A stretch of DNA of 64,000 bases from Lama guanicoe (GCA_013239625.1 MU054117.1:3586677-3650676); one strand, 5' to 3'; counted from the stretch's first letter, positions 13,003-26,591 are shown. Numbers and translations: made by a program. The notes: a model not told the origin generated them from the sequence alone.

Positions 13003-14899
13003 CCTAAGTCTGTGACGTGTGCACCACATATGATGCCACGTTAAGAAATACTGGATATGATGGTTACATCTCAATAAAGCTGGAAAGAATAATAATATAA
13101 AAAAGACAAGAATAGTGGAAGATTTCACATGGCGACCTGGATTTTTGTTTTCTTTTGAAAAGCAACAGGTCTGGTCTCCTTGGCCCCACACTTCGGTTTC
13201 CAGCGTCAGCCTGCCCTTCGGAAGGGCCAGGCACTCTTGCCTGGTGTCCACAAAGGCTGTGTGTCCTCTCGTTTTGCACGACGCCCACAGTGTTGGTTTT
13301 CTTGTAGGGGGGAGAAATTTCCCTACGTGTGCATTTCTGTGCCAGTTTGGAAAAACCAAAGACTGAGCGGGTGCCTCGCGTAGGGACAGGCACCTCCCAG
13401 TCTCCTTCACCTGGCGCCCGTGGTCACTCTCGGAAGCCTTCCTGGGTGATCGCGGTCACCCGAGTCACGCTGGACTGTCCCACGGGTGCAGGAGGCGTGG
13501 CTATCAGGTAGTGAGGGGGGAAGAGAGGGCAGGGAGGAGACGGTCACAACTGCAGACGAGAGAGCAGGGACCGCACAGCGTCAAGAGCTCGCTGCGCCGA
13601 GTCACGGGCTCTGTCCGGCTGCGCGGGCGGGCAGATGTGCGAAGCAATTAAGAATTTCCATCTAAAATGATAAAAATGACAAAAAGGCAACCTGTGGTGT
13701 TTGGATAGTTTTGATTTGAGGGTGATCTCCTGCGTCTGTGATGCCAGGTAACTAGACCTCACCCGTGCCTGCTGGCCGGGACCGGGGGAGTTGAGAGCGG
13801 GCGCTCCCAAGTGGGACCGTGTGGCGTTCCCGGGCCATCGCTGGCCCCGCGGCACATGCTCTGCATCTGTCAGCTGTCGGCGGGAGGTAACGACCCCATG
13901 GTCAGCCCCAGATCCTTTTTGCCTCTTTTTCTAGATTCTTCCCAGAGAGTTTCAGCTCTTCAGGGGACTCTCTTGTCTGTGAGGTTTATTGGCCAAAAGT
14001 TAAATGATTGTAAAGTTGGAAACACGTCCAACATGGTTGCCTTGGGAGACAGATAAGACTGTCCTCTTTTCACTGCTTTTCTTGTAATTTTATTACAATA
14101 TTCAGGACTAGAATTCAAGTGGGGAGCTGACAAGCAACTTGTTGGCTCAAAATCCTTCGGATCCCAGGAGAGGAGCAGACTTCATGCTGGTCATCCCTCA
14201 TGGGGCAGCTTTCACTTCTGAAAACCCAAATTTAAAAGGATTCTATAACCCTCTCCCTTCCCCTCCCCTCAAAACATTCACTCTTCCCAGGAGTGTGGAA
14301 AAAATGAAATCAGCTCGGGCTTAAAGGAAATCCACCTCGGACCTCCCGTCTTAACGCTGGTCTGCCTCACTTTTTCCAATAGACGCACTTCTAAAAAGTG
14401 CTGGTTTTGACCTGAGTGTGTGTGTGTAAACATGATAGACTCACTTCCCAGCAGAGGTGTTTTCAATAGAAGGGGGCTCGTCTCACACTAAAAAAATCAA
14501 GAACCCACAGTATAGCTAATGAGGGTATCTAGTCTGTGGGGAAATGAACGTCACCTGGTTTGTGGCAAGCTTCCCGCGATCCTAATTCCTTCCCCCAGTG
14601 GAGGGGAAGGGGATGCCGGGCCATTAGAGAGGGTGGTGATCGCTGATCAGATTTGGGAAAGAAAGAGCATTTTTATTTGTTGGCAGGAGAACAGGATATT
14701 TTCCAAAATGAGGATTCAAAAGTGGGAACTCAAAGAAACTTTTATCGATTTCTCTCTTTCTTACTGCATTTTGACTGTCCGGGGGATGCAGCTGGAAGTG
14801 CATTTTCCACGTGCATCACCGTGTCAGGTGGGGCAGGATGGGAGAGGGGGACATGGCTCTGAGCCCCTTGTTTCTCTGTGAACCAGGTTGGAAGGGGTG

Positions 14900-15130
14900 A
14901 TGTCAGCCAACCCGGGGTCAGTGCCCAGTGCCACCACCCTCTGGCCGTGCAGCTGTGTGGCCTCGGAAACAATGGGACCCTCTTTGAGCCTTGGTTCTCT
15001 TCTCTGTAAAATCGGACCATTGATACAGCATCCCTCAGGGGGGCTGGCGGAATTTAACGAGGTAACGCTAACCAGGTTCGTCACATGGCCCGGTGTGTAG
15101 TGAGCGTCCAGTAAGAGGGCGTCATTATTT
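14900..15130 (+). mobile_element. MIR SINE
   Basis: gctgtgtggcctcggaaac..ctttgagccttggttctcttctctgtaaaatcgga..cctcaggggg..tagtgagcgtccagtaa. Confidence 0.7.
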
Positions 15131-17328
15131 CCGTGGTCTCTTTGTTCTTCGCCCCTTCCGTGGGGTGCTGAGACATCGGCCAGCCTCTGAAAATTGGCCG
15201 ACCTTTGGGAAAGTTGAAACCACTCAAAGCTTTCATAAATCGGTCTTTTGGGAGATACATACACAATGGTATCTCTCACTTTGTAGATTTAGATTTCCTG
15301 ACCTCATATTGACCACGATTCAGCTATTCACTCATCAGATACTTGGCTGTAGCTGAGGTGACTCACTGAAAGGGGTTTAATGCCCTTTTAGCCTTGAAGA
15401 CTTGTTTCATGCTCAAAAAGCCAGTGAGAGAGAATCTCTAAGGATTCTGACAAGTTCCTTTAAAAAGAGCACATGCAATGAGGCAACTTATCCACTCAGT
15501 CTCTGGGAGCAGTGAAGACTTCCAGCTCACGTAGGAATTAATTGGGCACTTGAGTAAATGAGTGTGGAAAGAACCTATGGTTCAGCCCCTTCCTTGCCCG
15601 GCTCCTGGGCTGCCCTTGAGTGAGGGAGTGAGCCGTTAGGCACCTGCACAGGACCCCCAGGTAGATGCCTCCTTGAGTGTCCAGCAGCTCACAAACGTGC
15701 CTTTCGTGGTGTGTTTGGGGTCCACCTTCTTCTTTGGAATTACAACAGAAGCCGGTGGAAACTGACTCGATTTACAGAGAACGTGTTTCTTTACACACAA
15801 CACTTCAGGAATGTGCTTAGTTTGCAAGGAAGTCCGCTTCAGGACGAACACGTAGAGCATAAGACACAGTGACGTGGAGTAACTGTGCAGGGGGAGAGAC
15901 TTCCAGAAGTCAGCCTGCGTTAGAGTGAGTTCCTAATTATCCCGGGCCTGCCCCGAAGCGCCGCCGGGGAGAGCCCATAACCGGGACCCCTGCACGGGCA
16001 CGTGCCGGAGCGTCACAGCTGCTGTTGTTGGGAGGTTTTTCTCCTGCCTCCGTCTCACCCGCCCTGTGGTACACGTCCTTCTTCCTGCTTTTGTCTTCTA
16101 CTGAGACGGATACTCAACCGACCGTGGTACCTAGAACAGCTCCTTCCGCCAGAGTCCCTCCGTGTGGCCTGCAGGGCGCTGGCCTCACGCGCCATTCCCA
16201 TGGGCAAAGGCTCCCTGGGCGTTGTTTGTTTCAGAAACACCGCCTCTTGGAGACACACGAGGCATGTGCACGTGAGGTTAAAGGCTCTGAGAAGTCCCGC
16301 AGCATGTAAACCTCCTCACTTCCTAAAGCAGTGGCATTCAAATTATTATTATTTTTACGGACGCTCCACCACTTTTGGGGGTAACTTCTGTGCATGTCCC
16401 ACAAAAACTGCAATCCAAGGTACACATTTTGAGCAACTCAAAGAGATCTGAAACTCCTTGTGATGGATTTGAGTCCACGAAACCTAAGACCGTAAAGGTT
16501 TTGTCAAATGGGGATGACTGGGGAGCTTTTTAATCAACCTGCTTAAAGGTTTCCACATTCCTCTGGAGGGTGTGCAGTGCCTCGTAGAGTCAGCGATTTG
16601 ATAAGGCTCTGTCTGAATGGCGTGAAAGAAGACGTCGTCCCTGTGGACCTTCGGAGTCTCCTTCAGCAGAAGGCTTTGAGGAGAACAGCTGCAAGGGCTG
16701 TTCCTGTTTGTTAGGCGTGGGGTCCCTGTTCTGCTCTGCCTGCGAATGTCCGCACTTCAGATACTCTTTGCCGGACGGCTGACTGACTGAACGGCGTTGC
16801 CTGCCGGTGCTAACCGCATGATTTCCATGTGAGCTGTTAACCAAAGATTAGGGCATGGATTTCTACTTACAAGTTCTTTTTCCACTAAATTGGGCCACTT
16901 AATGAAAAAAGTCAAGAATAACCTTTACTAGCGATCACGTTTACAAAATCTTATTCGCCATCTGCGCAAGACACAGACGTTCACAGGGAGCTATAAGTAA
17001 CCAGGGTTTTCAGTCTTCTCTCCCATTTTCTTAAATACTGTTTTCACGTTTGACACCCCCTTGCCGTCTCCCAAGGTATTTCAGGCGCTGGCCCCCTCCA
17101 GCTGGACCTGGCTCCTGCCGTGCTGGGGTTTAAGTCCTCCGGGGAGCTCCTTCTGCTGGGCGTTCTGGGTCACTGAGGGCTCTTACCTCTGACCCATCTC
17201 TCTCACCCCCGGAGAGGCCTGATGCTCCTGTCTGCTCCTCCACCAGCCGGTCCAGGACTCCGTTCTTTCTGCCAGGCTTCCCTTCTGTGCTCAGAGGCAA
17301 AACGAGAGAGGATGTAACTTCTCTCTCT

Positions 17329-17727
17329 TTTATTTATATATAAACACAGTCAGTTCACAGTGTTGTGTCAATTTCTGGTGTGCAGCACAGTGCTTCAGTC
17401 ATATGGGAACACACATATATTTGTTTTCGTATTCTTTTTCACCATAAGTTGCTACAAGATAGTGAATACAGTTCCCTGTGGTGTACACTCTAAACTTGTT
17501 GTTCGTCTGTTTTGTATATATTAGTATCTGCACATCTCCAGCTCCCGATTTATTTCTTCTTACTCCCTTCTCCCCCTGGTAACCGTAAGTTTGTTTTCTA
17601 CGTCTGTGAGTCTGTTTTGTAGATAAGTTTGTTTGTCCCTCTCTCTCTGTTTTTCTTTTTCCTTTTTCAGATTCCACGTGTAAGTGACATCACGTGGGAT
17701 TTGTCTTTCCTTCTGGCTGACTTCCCT
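17329..17727 (-). mobile_element. 5'-truncated L1 3' end (cetartiodactyl/camelid type)
   Basis: tcacagtgttgtgtcaatttctggtgtgcagc..gttccctgtg..ggtaaccgtaagtttgttttcta..cagattccac, the reverse complement of an L1 3' UTR. Confidence 0.88.
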
Positions 17728-19009
17728 CCGAGGGACATTCTCTTGACTCGCCGTTGCCTTTGTATCTGCCCCTCTTCTGGACGGCTTGGCCTGCGAGGAG
17801 GAGGTTCTGGTGTCTGGTTGTTTCTTTCCTTTTTAAGCCCACTACGAGTCAGAACAAGGCAACTGTGGGGAAGACGGAGAGCATGTAACCCTGGGCACCT
17901 GTCAGTGACGTGCCGTGGGACCCTGAGTGGTCGTCTCCCTGGCCCTTGGCATGTGTTAGCTTCTGGTATCATTCTCTGTCCCGGTGACTTCATCTCTGCA
18001 GTGAGGTGGCTGGATTAGACAATTTTTGAGCTTTTGCTTGAAAATTCTGTGATTCCTCAAGCCTATTCGTTAAATGTGCAGCTGCTTCCCTGGATAACTT
18101 GGCAAACTTTATTGCCTGGCTCCTGACACCAGAACGATCTTTTAAAAAGAGAGTTGGAGTTAACTAAAATTTCAGCTTTATATAGAATCATTGAATTTCA
18201 GAGGTCATCTGCCCCAGCCTCTTATTTGGCAGACAAAGATCAGAGCAGAATGTGACACTTAAAAATATGCCGTGTGAGTTACAGCAGCTTTTTGAAAGTG
18301 ATGTCATCATTTTTCTGTGAGACTGAGCATGAGAAATTTCTTCCCTGCACTTTTCTCTTACTTTCCCTCCCTCCTGCCTTCCCTCCTGCCTCCCTTCCTT
18401 CCTGTTTTCCTTAGGTGAGGTCTATCTTAGTTATTAAGTGATCCCAGATCTTTTTTATTTCAAAGTAGCAAAATAAACATTCCTTGGTGTTGGCAGTGTC
18501 AGCGCCTTGGCATTACGATTGGAAAAACACTGGACATGTAAAGGCACTTCTATATTAAGGAGAAGCGAGAGATGCAGACCAGCGGGGTTGCTGACCAGGA
18601 TCCGCTGGGTCTGTGGCTCCCCACTTGCAGAGGGAGCCTGCAGAAAAGACAAAGGAAGGGAGAGTTCCTGCTTCTGCAAAAGGGCAGGGACCCCAAGGCG
18701 GGCATTGGACCATATGCTGGGCTGGTCCTGTTGTGCCAGGCTGTGGCCCTGGGTAGAAAGGTCTGTCCAGCTCAGCCCTGGGAGCTGTGGCTGCATGTCC
18801 GGACCATGGTCCCCTCGGACCCAGTTTCCAGTCCTGCACGGCTGCACCAGGTCCTGGTGCTTTTTGGGATCTGTTCATTACCCTCATCTCAGTTAGCCTC
18901 CCTTCCCACTGCTGGTGCAACCTCATGAAGCAGCAGAACCCTGGACGGGGGTAGAGAAAGCCTGGGTGGGATCCAAGTGCGCTCTCTGACCTTGGAGCCA
19001 ACAGCTTGA

Positions 19010-19430
19010 AACAAGCATTTTATTTCCTGAGTTTAAAAGCTGTATCTGCTCATTATGGAAAATTAGTACCGTTCAGAAAAGCATAAGGAAGAAAATGAGG
19101 AGTCCCCACAGTCCCGCAGCCAGAGGTACCAGTGCTGGTGCTTCACGGGGTCCTCCTTCCGGAGACGCTCTGGCTCTGCACCTGCGTCTTGCTGAGGCCG
19201 CGCTGCAGTTCCCTGGCAGACCTTCACAGTCGGCCTCTAAGGTTCTCGTGCATTTAGCACATAACCATCACGTAGATGCACCTTCATTTTGGTAACCTAC
19301 CCCCCTTGATGGACATTCAGGTTTTCTAACTTTTTGCTCTTCTAAGCGATGCTACAGTAAATGTTTTTCATACAGACATGTGTTCACACTTACGACTCTC
19401 TCCTTAGGTCGTATTCCTGCAAGAGTCAAG
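19010..19430 (-). mobile_element. Ancient L1 (L1ME-like) 3' fragment
   Basis: cagaaaagcataaggaagaaaat..gatggacattcaggttttctaactttttgct..gatgctacagtaaatg. Confidence 0.6.
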
Positions 19431-20434
19431 TCGCATGAAGAAATTGAGCACATTACTTGCTAAACAGCAACAGAAACAACAATAATTAGCATCAGTAGAC
19501 ACTTGCCCAGCATAGTGTGTGCAGAAGAGAATGTCGCGTGTGCTGACTCCTTGACGCCCCCGGCACCCCTGCAAGCATCTCCACTCCACAGGAGCTGCTG
19601 GTCCAGGGTCGCATGGCCAGTAAGTGGGGTGGGGGGCGGGACTGCACCCCAGGCAGTCTGGCTCCAGCATCCTCACCCTTACCTGCTGCGCAGTGCTGCC
19701 CTGGTGAAATGAGAGAGCGAAGCGGACCAATCCCCGGGCGCCATTCAGCCGGGACATCATCTGTGCTATTCAGTGCTGCGCGGGCGATGCTCGCGGGCAG
19801 CACGATCGCCTGGTGTGAGCCCCTGGCTCCTGAATGCTCTTCATCCCCACCTGTGTGTGTTCAGCGGGGTCTGTGTGTGTGAGCGTGTGCGCTTATATGA
19901 TCTTAGGAATGGAACAGAGCCAGCAGGGAGCGGGTGAGGCAGGGCAGCCTGGCCGATCTGTTGACAAAACAATAAAACGTGGCTCATTTGTGCTGTTCGT
20001 TGTGGCTGTAAACCCATCACGGTGTCCTTTTCATCTTAAGATTCTCAGGCTCTTCGGCTGGGAAATCTGTCTCTTTGTGATTGAGCTGTCACCCCAGTGG
20101 AGCAGGCATGGGATGAGATGTGCCGTCTAGGGCACTCCTGTCACAGAAGCACACAACTGTATGTATTGTCCGAGGAGGGCACATGCCCCCCCAGGGGCTC
20201 TGCCCATGCTGCCCAGGGCAGCCTGGTCCCCGCAGGTGCGACTGCTCACCTTGCAGGGCAGCAGGGAGTCGACAGGCTCATCACTGGAACAGGGACGCGT
20301 CCGGGCTGCTTTACTGAGTGTTCAGTGCAGAGGTGCCAGGCCTCCTAGAGCTCTGTACGGGAGGAGCGAGGGTCCGCTCCTCTAAGACCTGTGCAGCACG
20401 TGCTTATCTTCAGGAAGCCTGGGGAGGGCTTGGG

Positions 20435-20640
20435 CGGTGGGTCTCAGCCTTCCCAGGGCTTTGGAACCACCTGGGAAGCTTTGGAAGACCTACCACTTCC
20501 TGCTGCCCGCTGCTGTCTTAACCCCCCCTGCTCCACCCCAATGTGAGTAATTGATCCGGGGCGGTGTCCAGGTGTAGCAATTTTTTTCCCCAAAGCTTCT
20601 CAAGGGATTGCAGCGGGCAGCCAGAGTTGGGGTCCCCTAG
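20435..20640. mobile_element. MER5-type hAT-Charlie MITE
   Basis: gtggg-tctcagcctt..ttggaaccacctgggaagcttt..gtaattgatccgggg..gcagccagagttggg. Confidence 0.6.
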
Positions 20641-22559
20641 TCTAAGAAGTTCTGGCGATGGTGACTTTATGCCTTTGCACTTAAGTGCCCTTCCCTCCCG
20701 TTTCACAAAGAAAGCTCACAATTGAGCATCACAGCAGTCCACTCAGGTCAGTGGAGAGGGTACTTTTATGATTTTCCTTGGCCCAGAGAGGTTGACTGAG
20801 TTGCCCAAGGTTGCACAGCCTCTCCCCCAGTCACAGCAGCTGGTTCCTGCCCAGGCCAGTCCTGCCAGACCCTTTGGGAAAGAGCAGCCTCCCCTCCCCC
20901 AGGCTCTTCCGGGCTGGAATCACCCTTGCCTTCGCCTGCAGCAGCTGCCTCCCTGGTGTTGGGGCTCGCTCTTCTCATTCTCCCCCCAGCAGCCACTCTT
21001 CCTCCTCAGAGCCTCCTGGTGAAATGTGCCATCACATCTTTTCCACAAGCTCTGCCCGACTTAACAGTCAGATAAGGGCGCTGGGGGACGCGGTCACCCG
21101 GCCCTCAGCCCCAGATCCAGCCCTTCACCTCGGATGCTCTGCATTAGCGCCTGGCAGGAGTGAGCAGAGCCACCTCCAGCAGCAGCTGCCTGGGGCTAAG
21201 CGCCCTTCTCCCCAGCTGTCACCTCCCATCCGAATTTGTCTCCTCTCCCCTGCACCCCCTCCCCCCCCACTCCCAGAGTAGCCTTAAGACCCACCTGAGT
21301 CCTTCCTGGGAGCCCCTGCAGTGACGAGTCCCTTTCTGGGACACCTGGAATGGCTGCGTGCTTGACAAGGTCGCCAGGGGAGAGAAACACCCAGGCAGGT
21401 GGCTGCACACGCCCCGCCACCGTTCTCCGTTCACCAGTCGTGGGCTCAACTCTCTCCCGTCTCTGCCAAAGACTTCTGTTTCTCTTCACTCTTCCTCTCC
21501 TTGTTTGAAGCTTTCCCCTCACACGGGCTGTGTCCTGGACGGGCTCCCAGCGACTGCAGACTCTCTGGGGCAGAATCCTGCAGCCTCGGTCCTGGGATGC
21601 TGGGAGGGGGGCGGGGCAGAGCACCCCGGGGAGGAGGGGCAGGTGCGGGTCCCCACTTCCCTTCACCTGCTCAGCAGCCCTGGGACCAGGGGACGCCACC
21701 AGCCAGCAGACGCCCGCACAAGTGCCCCTCCCCGGCCTGCCCGCCATGTCTGGTGAATTGAGTTGGTGGGTTGGTGTGGAGGGTCAGTCAACATCCTTGA
21801 AGACTTCTAATTCCCCAAGACCAGCTTTTAGGAAAGGCCTGTCCTCTGCGAGCAAGGCCGGCGCCCGACTCTGCCCCTTCCTCCTAGACAGCAACTCAGT
21901 GTGACTTCTCCTGCCAGGTGAGAGGACTTGGAAGGAGGGAAGAGGCAGATGGAGTTGACGGGGTCTCCTTTCCCAAAGCAGAGGAAGCAAAGGTGTAGTC
22001 TCCCAGGGCCCGGCGCGGCTGGCCTGGTGAATCTTTACCATTCTGGTTGGATGTCATCAGACAGGATGGCTATTCATGGGTCCAAGAGCCCATCCCTGTG
22101 CCCCCTTACCTGCCGGGTCACCCGAAAGGCTGAGCCTCTCGCGGCCAAGTCGTGCTACCAGACGCTGTCCCCCTGACTCAGTGGGTTGGAGGAGGCTGAA
22201 CTGAGTCTCTTTCCCAGACACTGTCGGCTGGGACAGAAGGTCCCAGTTCAGTCTGGGCGAGTCTCTCTATGGAAGAGATGGAAAGCCTCCCAACCAGGGG
22301 AGCTGGAAGGGGTCTGACCCCCTATGCAGCTTCCCTTTCTCATTTTATAAATGAAAGAAAAATTGAGCTCCAGAGGTATCACCTGACTGGCTCGAGGCCG
22401 CAGGGCTGTGGCGGCTACGTTATAGCAGAGCTGGGTCTCACGTCCAGAGTGTCAGCCTGGGTCCTCTCTCGGCTAAGATGCGGTGCCTCTACCGCTCACC
22501 TGTGAAACGGTGCACAGCTCAGACGTCGAAGAGGTCCCAGTAGCCAGCGCCGCATGGGG

Positions 22560-22770
22560 CTGCGTGGGGAGGGCGCAGACCTCAGCGTCACACTGAGCAG
22601 GTTCACGTCCTGCCGCTCTGGCGCTGGGCCCTGGGCATCCTTCTTACTCTCTTGGGACCTGTGTTCCTCAGTCATAGTGTGAGGGTCACTGGGCTTATTT
22701 TACAGAATTACCGTGAGGGTTTTCTAATGACGGTAAGAGATGCTTGGCACATAATCAGGGCTCAGTAAAG
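22560..22770 (+). mobile_element. MIR SINE
   Basis: ggttcacgtcctgccgctct..ccctgggca..cctgtgttcctca..ttaccgtgaggg..gcttggcacataat. Confidence 0.55.
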
Positions 22771-22884
22771 GAGAGAAGGCTCCTCGGACAAAATGAACAA
22801 TGGTTGCTTTCTCCCCCGTGCTCTAGTTCTGAAGCTGGTTTGCTCAGGGAATTATTCAGTGGCTTTGTGTTTGCAGTGGGGAGC

Positions 22885-23096
22885 CTGAGGTCCTCAGAAA
22901 GTCCTCTGAATAAAACACAAGTCTCAGGGGAGGAGACAGCTCGGCGGCAGAGCCCAGGCCTAGCAAGCACGAGGTCCTGGCTTCGATCCCCAGCACCTCC
23001 ATTAAAGACAAATAAATAAAAACAAATAAAAACCCAATTACCCCCCCCAAAACACATAATTCTCAACTTTTAAATTGTGCATTATTTTAGTCAACG
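22885..23096 (+). mobile_element. 3' (R/U5) fragment of an ERV1 LTR, same family as 40435-40910, split by a SINE
   Basis: gtcctcagaaagtcctctgAATAAAacac..attctcaacttttaaattgtgcattattttagtcaac aligns with the end of the LTR at ~40840-40910. Confidence 0.7.
22927..23048 (+). mobile_element. tRNA-derived SINE, Vic-1-like
   Basis: ggggaggagacagctcggcggcagag..ctggcttcgatccccagcacctccattaaa..(aaat)n..caattacccccccc. Decayed TSD aaaacacaagtctca / aaaacacataattctca. Confidence 0.85.
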
Positions 23097-24614
23097 GTTT
23101 GCAACGCGTGAAAATAAAAAGCAGTCTAATTTTTGGTCAGTTTATTATTGTTTTAAAATCCCCTGTGCGAACTCCTTTATTGCCTGTGGGGGAGGAGGGC
23201 AGACCTCCCTCTGCACACCGCCCCTGATGCGCCACCAACCAAAGGCTCCTACAGGACCCGGGTGGAAGAGGTTTGGGTCCCATGCAGAGCACGTGCAGGG
23301 AGCCGTCAGGCCGCTGGGCTGCGGACAGGCTCTGCAGGTCAGAGGTGGGTTTGAAAAGAGCCTTTGTATTTGGGGTGCTGCCGCAGCAGGCGACAGACTC
23401 TGTCTTCCTCCAAGAGCTGCTTGGGAGTGGAAAAGCCCAGTGCGCTCAGAGATGGGGTGGGGGTGGTTGTCGCCGTCCTGCTGGCTCCAGGGACCGGGAG
23501 CTCGCAAACCCCACCGCTCTGGCCTCAACTGGCTCCCCTAGACCCTCTCCAGGAGCCAGAGGAGCCCTCCCTCAGGCTGCTGGGAGCAGGTGGAAAGGAA
23601 CAGCATCTCTTTGGTCCCTGGAACTTCCTGCATAACATACTCAGGGCTGCCAGGAAATCATCAAGGGGTGACGTTTGATGAGTCGAGTTACTCAGAAGGA
23701 AAAGCTTTGCCTGCCAGCCTCCACCCCTCCAGGCTTCGGGAGGTGCCCGTGTCCTGCCTTGGCTGCCCTGGGGAGCTGCAGCATTGCTCCATCCACACAC
23801 CGGAGGCTGCAAGGACTGCTGGGGGCGTGTCGGTGGAGAGCAGAGCCTAAGGATGGCCAGAGCGCTTCGCTTGACCTCGGATTGCGTTGCAGCCGAAATG
23901 AAAGGTGATGCAACGGTCCAGGGAACTCATTCGCCTCTGAAAAGTGGGCGACTTTGTTTTCTCTGTTTGCTATCGGCTTAGCTGACTTCGGACAGTCTCA
24001 CCTATCTGTTGTGCCTCAGTGTCTTGGGCAGGGTGTCGGGTTGCTGTGAGAAGTAACAAACCAGGTGAACTGCACATAGACTGTCAGTTCACAGGTAAAT
24101 GTGCATAAGTCATTTTTTAATTTTTTTAAAGTGATTTCCTGGAAAGCCGGTGCTTCCCGGGTCTCAGATCTGCGTGTGTACACAGTTCTCGTCCAGTTTA
24201 TCCGGTGGCAGGCAGCGTCTGTGTCAAGCGGAACACTTGCGGGTTTCCAGCCGGTTTCGCAACGGAGTCAACTTTAATGAACGCTTCGGGGGCTGCGCGG
24301 TGCTGATTGGCATCGGCCACGGCTCAGCAGGGCTCCCAACTTGCGTTCAGATCTCGATCGTTGCTTGGAAAGTAAAGAAGCGGCAGTCCTGAGGGGATTT
24401 CTTTCACTCACTTTAAACACGGCTCTGTTTGTGCATTTTTCCTAGACTTGGCTTCAGTCAGAGCTATTTGTGGGAAGTAAGGCTTTCTGGGGGAGGGGGA
24501 GGCTATTTCAGCGCAGCTGGTAGTGAACCCAAGCCCAGTAGAAGAATTCTGTCTGCGATGTGAGGCCAGGATTCAGAATTCTAGTCTACACCAGAAGGTT
24601 GTAGGGTACAGAGG

Positions 24615-24830
24615 CAGGATGTGGGGCTGGTGTCTTGTGATCCTGGTTCTATCCGCCTAGCTGTGTGATTTGGGGTAATTACTTACCCTCATGGAGCCCC
24701 AGATTCCTCATCTGCAAAACGGAGAAAATAATGTCTGTCTCAAAGGATTGGTGGGCTCATTCGTGAGGAAATGTATTTAAGACATCTTGAGCACAGCGAG
24801 TGCTGAATAACATGCAGATATTATTTTAAT
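24615..24830 (+). mobile_element. MIR SINE
   Basis: ctagctgtgtgatttggggtaattacttaccctcatggagccccagattcctcatctgcaaaacggagaaaataat. Confidence 0.8.
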
Positions 24831-24874
24831 TGGGCTACGGAACTTCGGTGCTGGTGGTTCTGTAATTAGCTGGG

Positions 24875-25867
24875 TCCAGTTAGCTTCTTTTGGTTACAAG
24901 GGGCTAAAACTCTGACTCAAATCAACTTAATCAAAAAGTGGAAATCTGTTAACTCATAAAATTTCATCTAAAACTAGACTTCAGTTGGCAGATACTATAG
25001 AGCTGGCCAGAGCGTGGGAGTTCACAGGGGTTGAAGGACTCCTTAGTGAGGTTACCAAATTTAGCAAACACAAGCACAGGATGGCCATATAACTTAATAA
25101 ACAGCTGTAACTGCTGAATTTTTTGCAATTTATTGAAAAAAATGGAATATGAGACAGTTAGGCTGTCCTGAGAAGGCCAATGCAGGAAGCAAGACAAAGT
25201 CATTAAATATGAGCCATGTCTTACCTGTGCAGGATGCCTGGCAACCCTCCTCTTTAGGGTATTTCCAGTCATAAAACTCTACCATACCTATAATTAGTGT
25301 TTTCAGCTAGAGGTATTAGACTCAATTAACTTCATTCTCATATCAGTTAAATTAACCAGAGCCTGTGCTGGAAAATTCAAGATAAGTCTAAGGTCCATCG
25401 TATGTTACTTGAAAATAATAAAAGTCTTTTTAAAAATTGTGGGCTTCAGGTACAGTATGATCTAGGAGGTAATTTTTTTTTTTCATCTCTCAATGCAGTT
25501 CTGCTGTCCATGCTGGCTTCAGATGGTGGTAAGTTGGCTGGTAGCTCCAGGCATATATTTCCTCCAGATTCTGGTCCAATAAACACAGACTCTTCTATTG
25601 ACCTGACAAAATCCACAATCTGATTTTCACTGGTCAGAATTCCACCTCATCCTCTTATCTGGGCAAATTATTAGGCCCAAGGAATGGGATGCTCTGACTG
25701 GAGATATGTGGGTCATATGCACACCCTTGGAGCCAATGTTGGAGTCAGTTTTACCCAAAGCACGCAGGCTGTGTATGGAGTGTGAAGAGTGTTTCTCCAG
25801 AGGAAAGTTGGTGTTCTGCAAGGAAGAGAAGGGATAATACGGATGTTGGGTAGCCGAAAATATAACA
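24875..25867 (-). mobile_element. MLT1 (MLT1K-like) MaLR LTR, interrupted
   Basis: ttggttacaag..aaactctgactcaaatcaacttaatcaaaaagtgg; ggcttcaggtacagtatgatctagg..ggaatgggatgctctgactgg..cacacccttggagc..ggatgttgggtagcc. Confidence 0.6.
25046..25248. mobile_element. hAT MITE (MER53/Blackjack-like)
   Basis: Ends gaggttaccaaatttagcaaacacaagcacagga and ctggcaaccct resemble the AGGGTTGCCAG TIR. Confidence 0.5.
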
Positions 25868-26127
25868 GCCTCCTTCCCCAAGCAAACAAGCAAAATAGCA
25901 AATATCTACCACACCCGGGTTCTTCTGTGCCTCTTTCAGCAAGAGAGGGGTGTCATAGCTGAGGTAAGTCAACACCGAAAGAGGCCGAGGTGCACGTCCC
26001 TGAATCCACATGTGGGCTTGCGGCATCAGGTTTTAAGATTATAGAATTATCAAAGAGTGCTTTTGCCTAATCTTTTCCCCGAAAGTTATAATAGCTATAT
26101 TGCTTTATTCTAACTATTAAGATAATT

Positions 26128-26325
26128 CAGTTGGCCCTTGAACAACTGGGTTTGAACTGCATGGGTCTACTCTGATGCAGATTTTTTCAGTAAATACACA
26201 CTGCAGCACCCAGTCCATGGCCTGCTGAATCCAAGGATATGGAGGGCTGACTGCGAAGTTACGTTGAGTTTTCAACTGCGTGGAGGGTTGGCGCCCAGAT
26301 CCCTGCGTTGTTCAGAGTTCAGCTG
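26128..26325. mobile_element. Tigger2-family MITE (TcMar)
   Basis: TIRs cagttggcccttgaacaac / gttgttcagagttcagctg, followed by TA. Internal gggtttgaactgcatgggtctact..gcagattttttcagtaaata. Confidence 0.85.
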
Positions 26326-26550
26326 TATATGCATAAAGGTGTATAGAGAGAAGGAAAAGTCACCAATAATCCCACGACCCAGAGATGATAGTTCCTGTCG
26401 TCTTGGTGTAATTGTTCCAGATAACGTGTATGTGTGTGTGTTTTATACATATGAAATACTTAGTTAAAAATAAAATCAAGCATAAAATTACTTTATTAAC
26501 TTTTAAATTCAAGGATATATTTTGGAAATCTTTTCAAATTAAAATATATA

Positions 26551-26551
26551 T

Positions 26552-26591
<40 letters not shown>

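Noticed and set aside
22927..23000. tRNA gene
   Set aside because: A and B boxes are present but degenerate, with a SINE tail and TSDs; no intact cloverleaf is evident.
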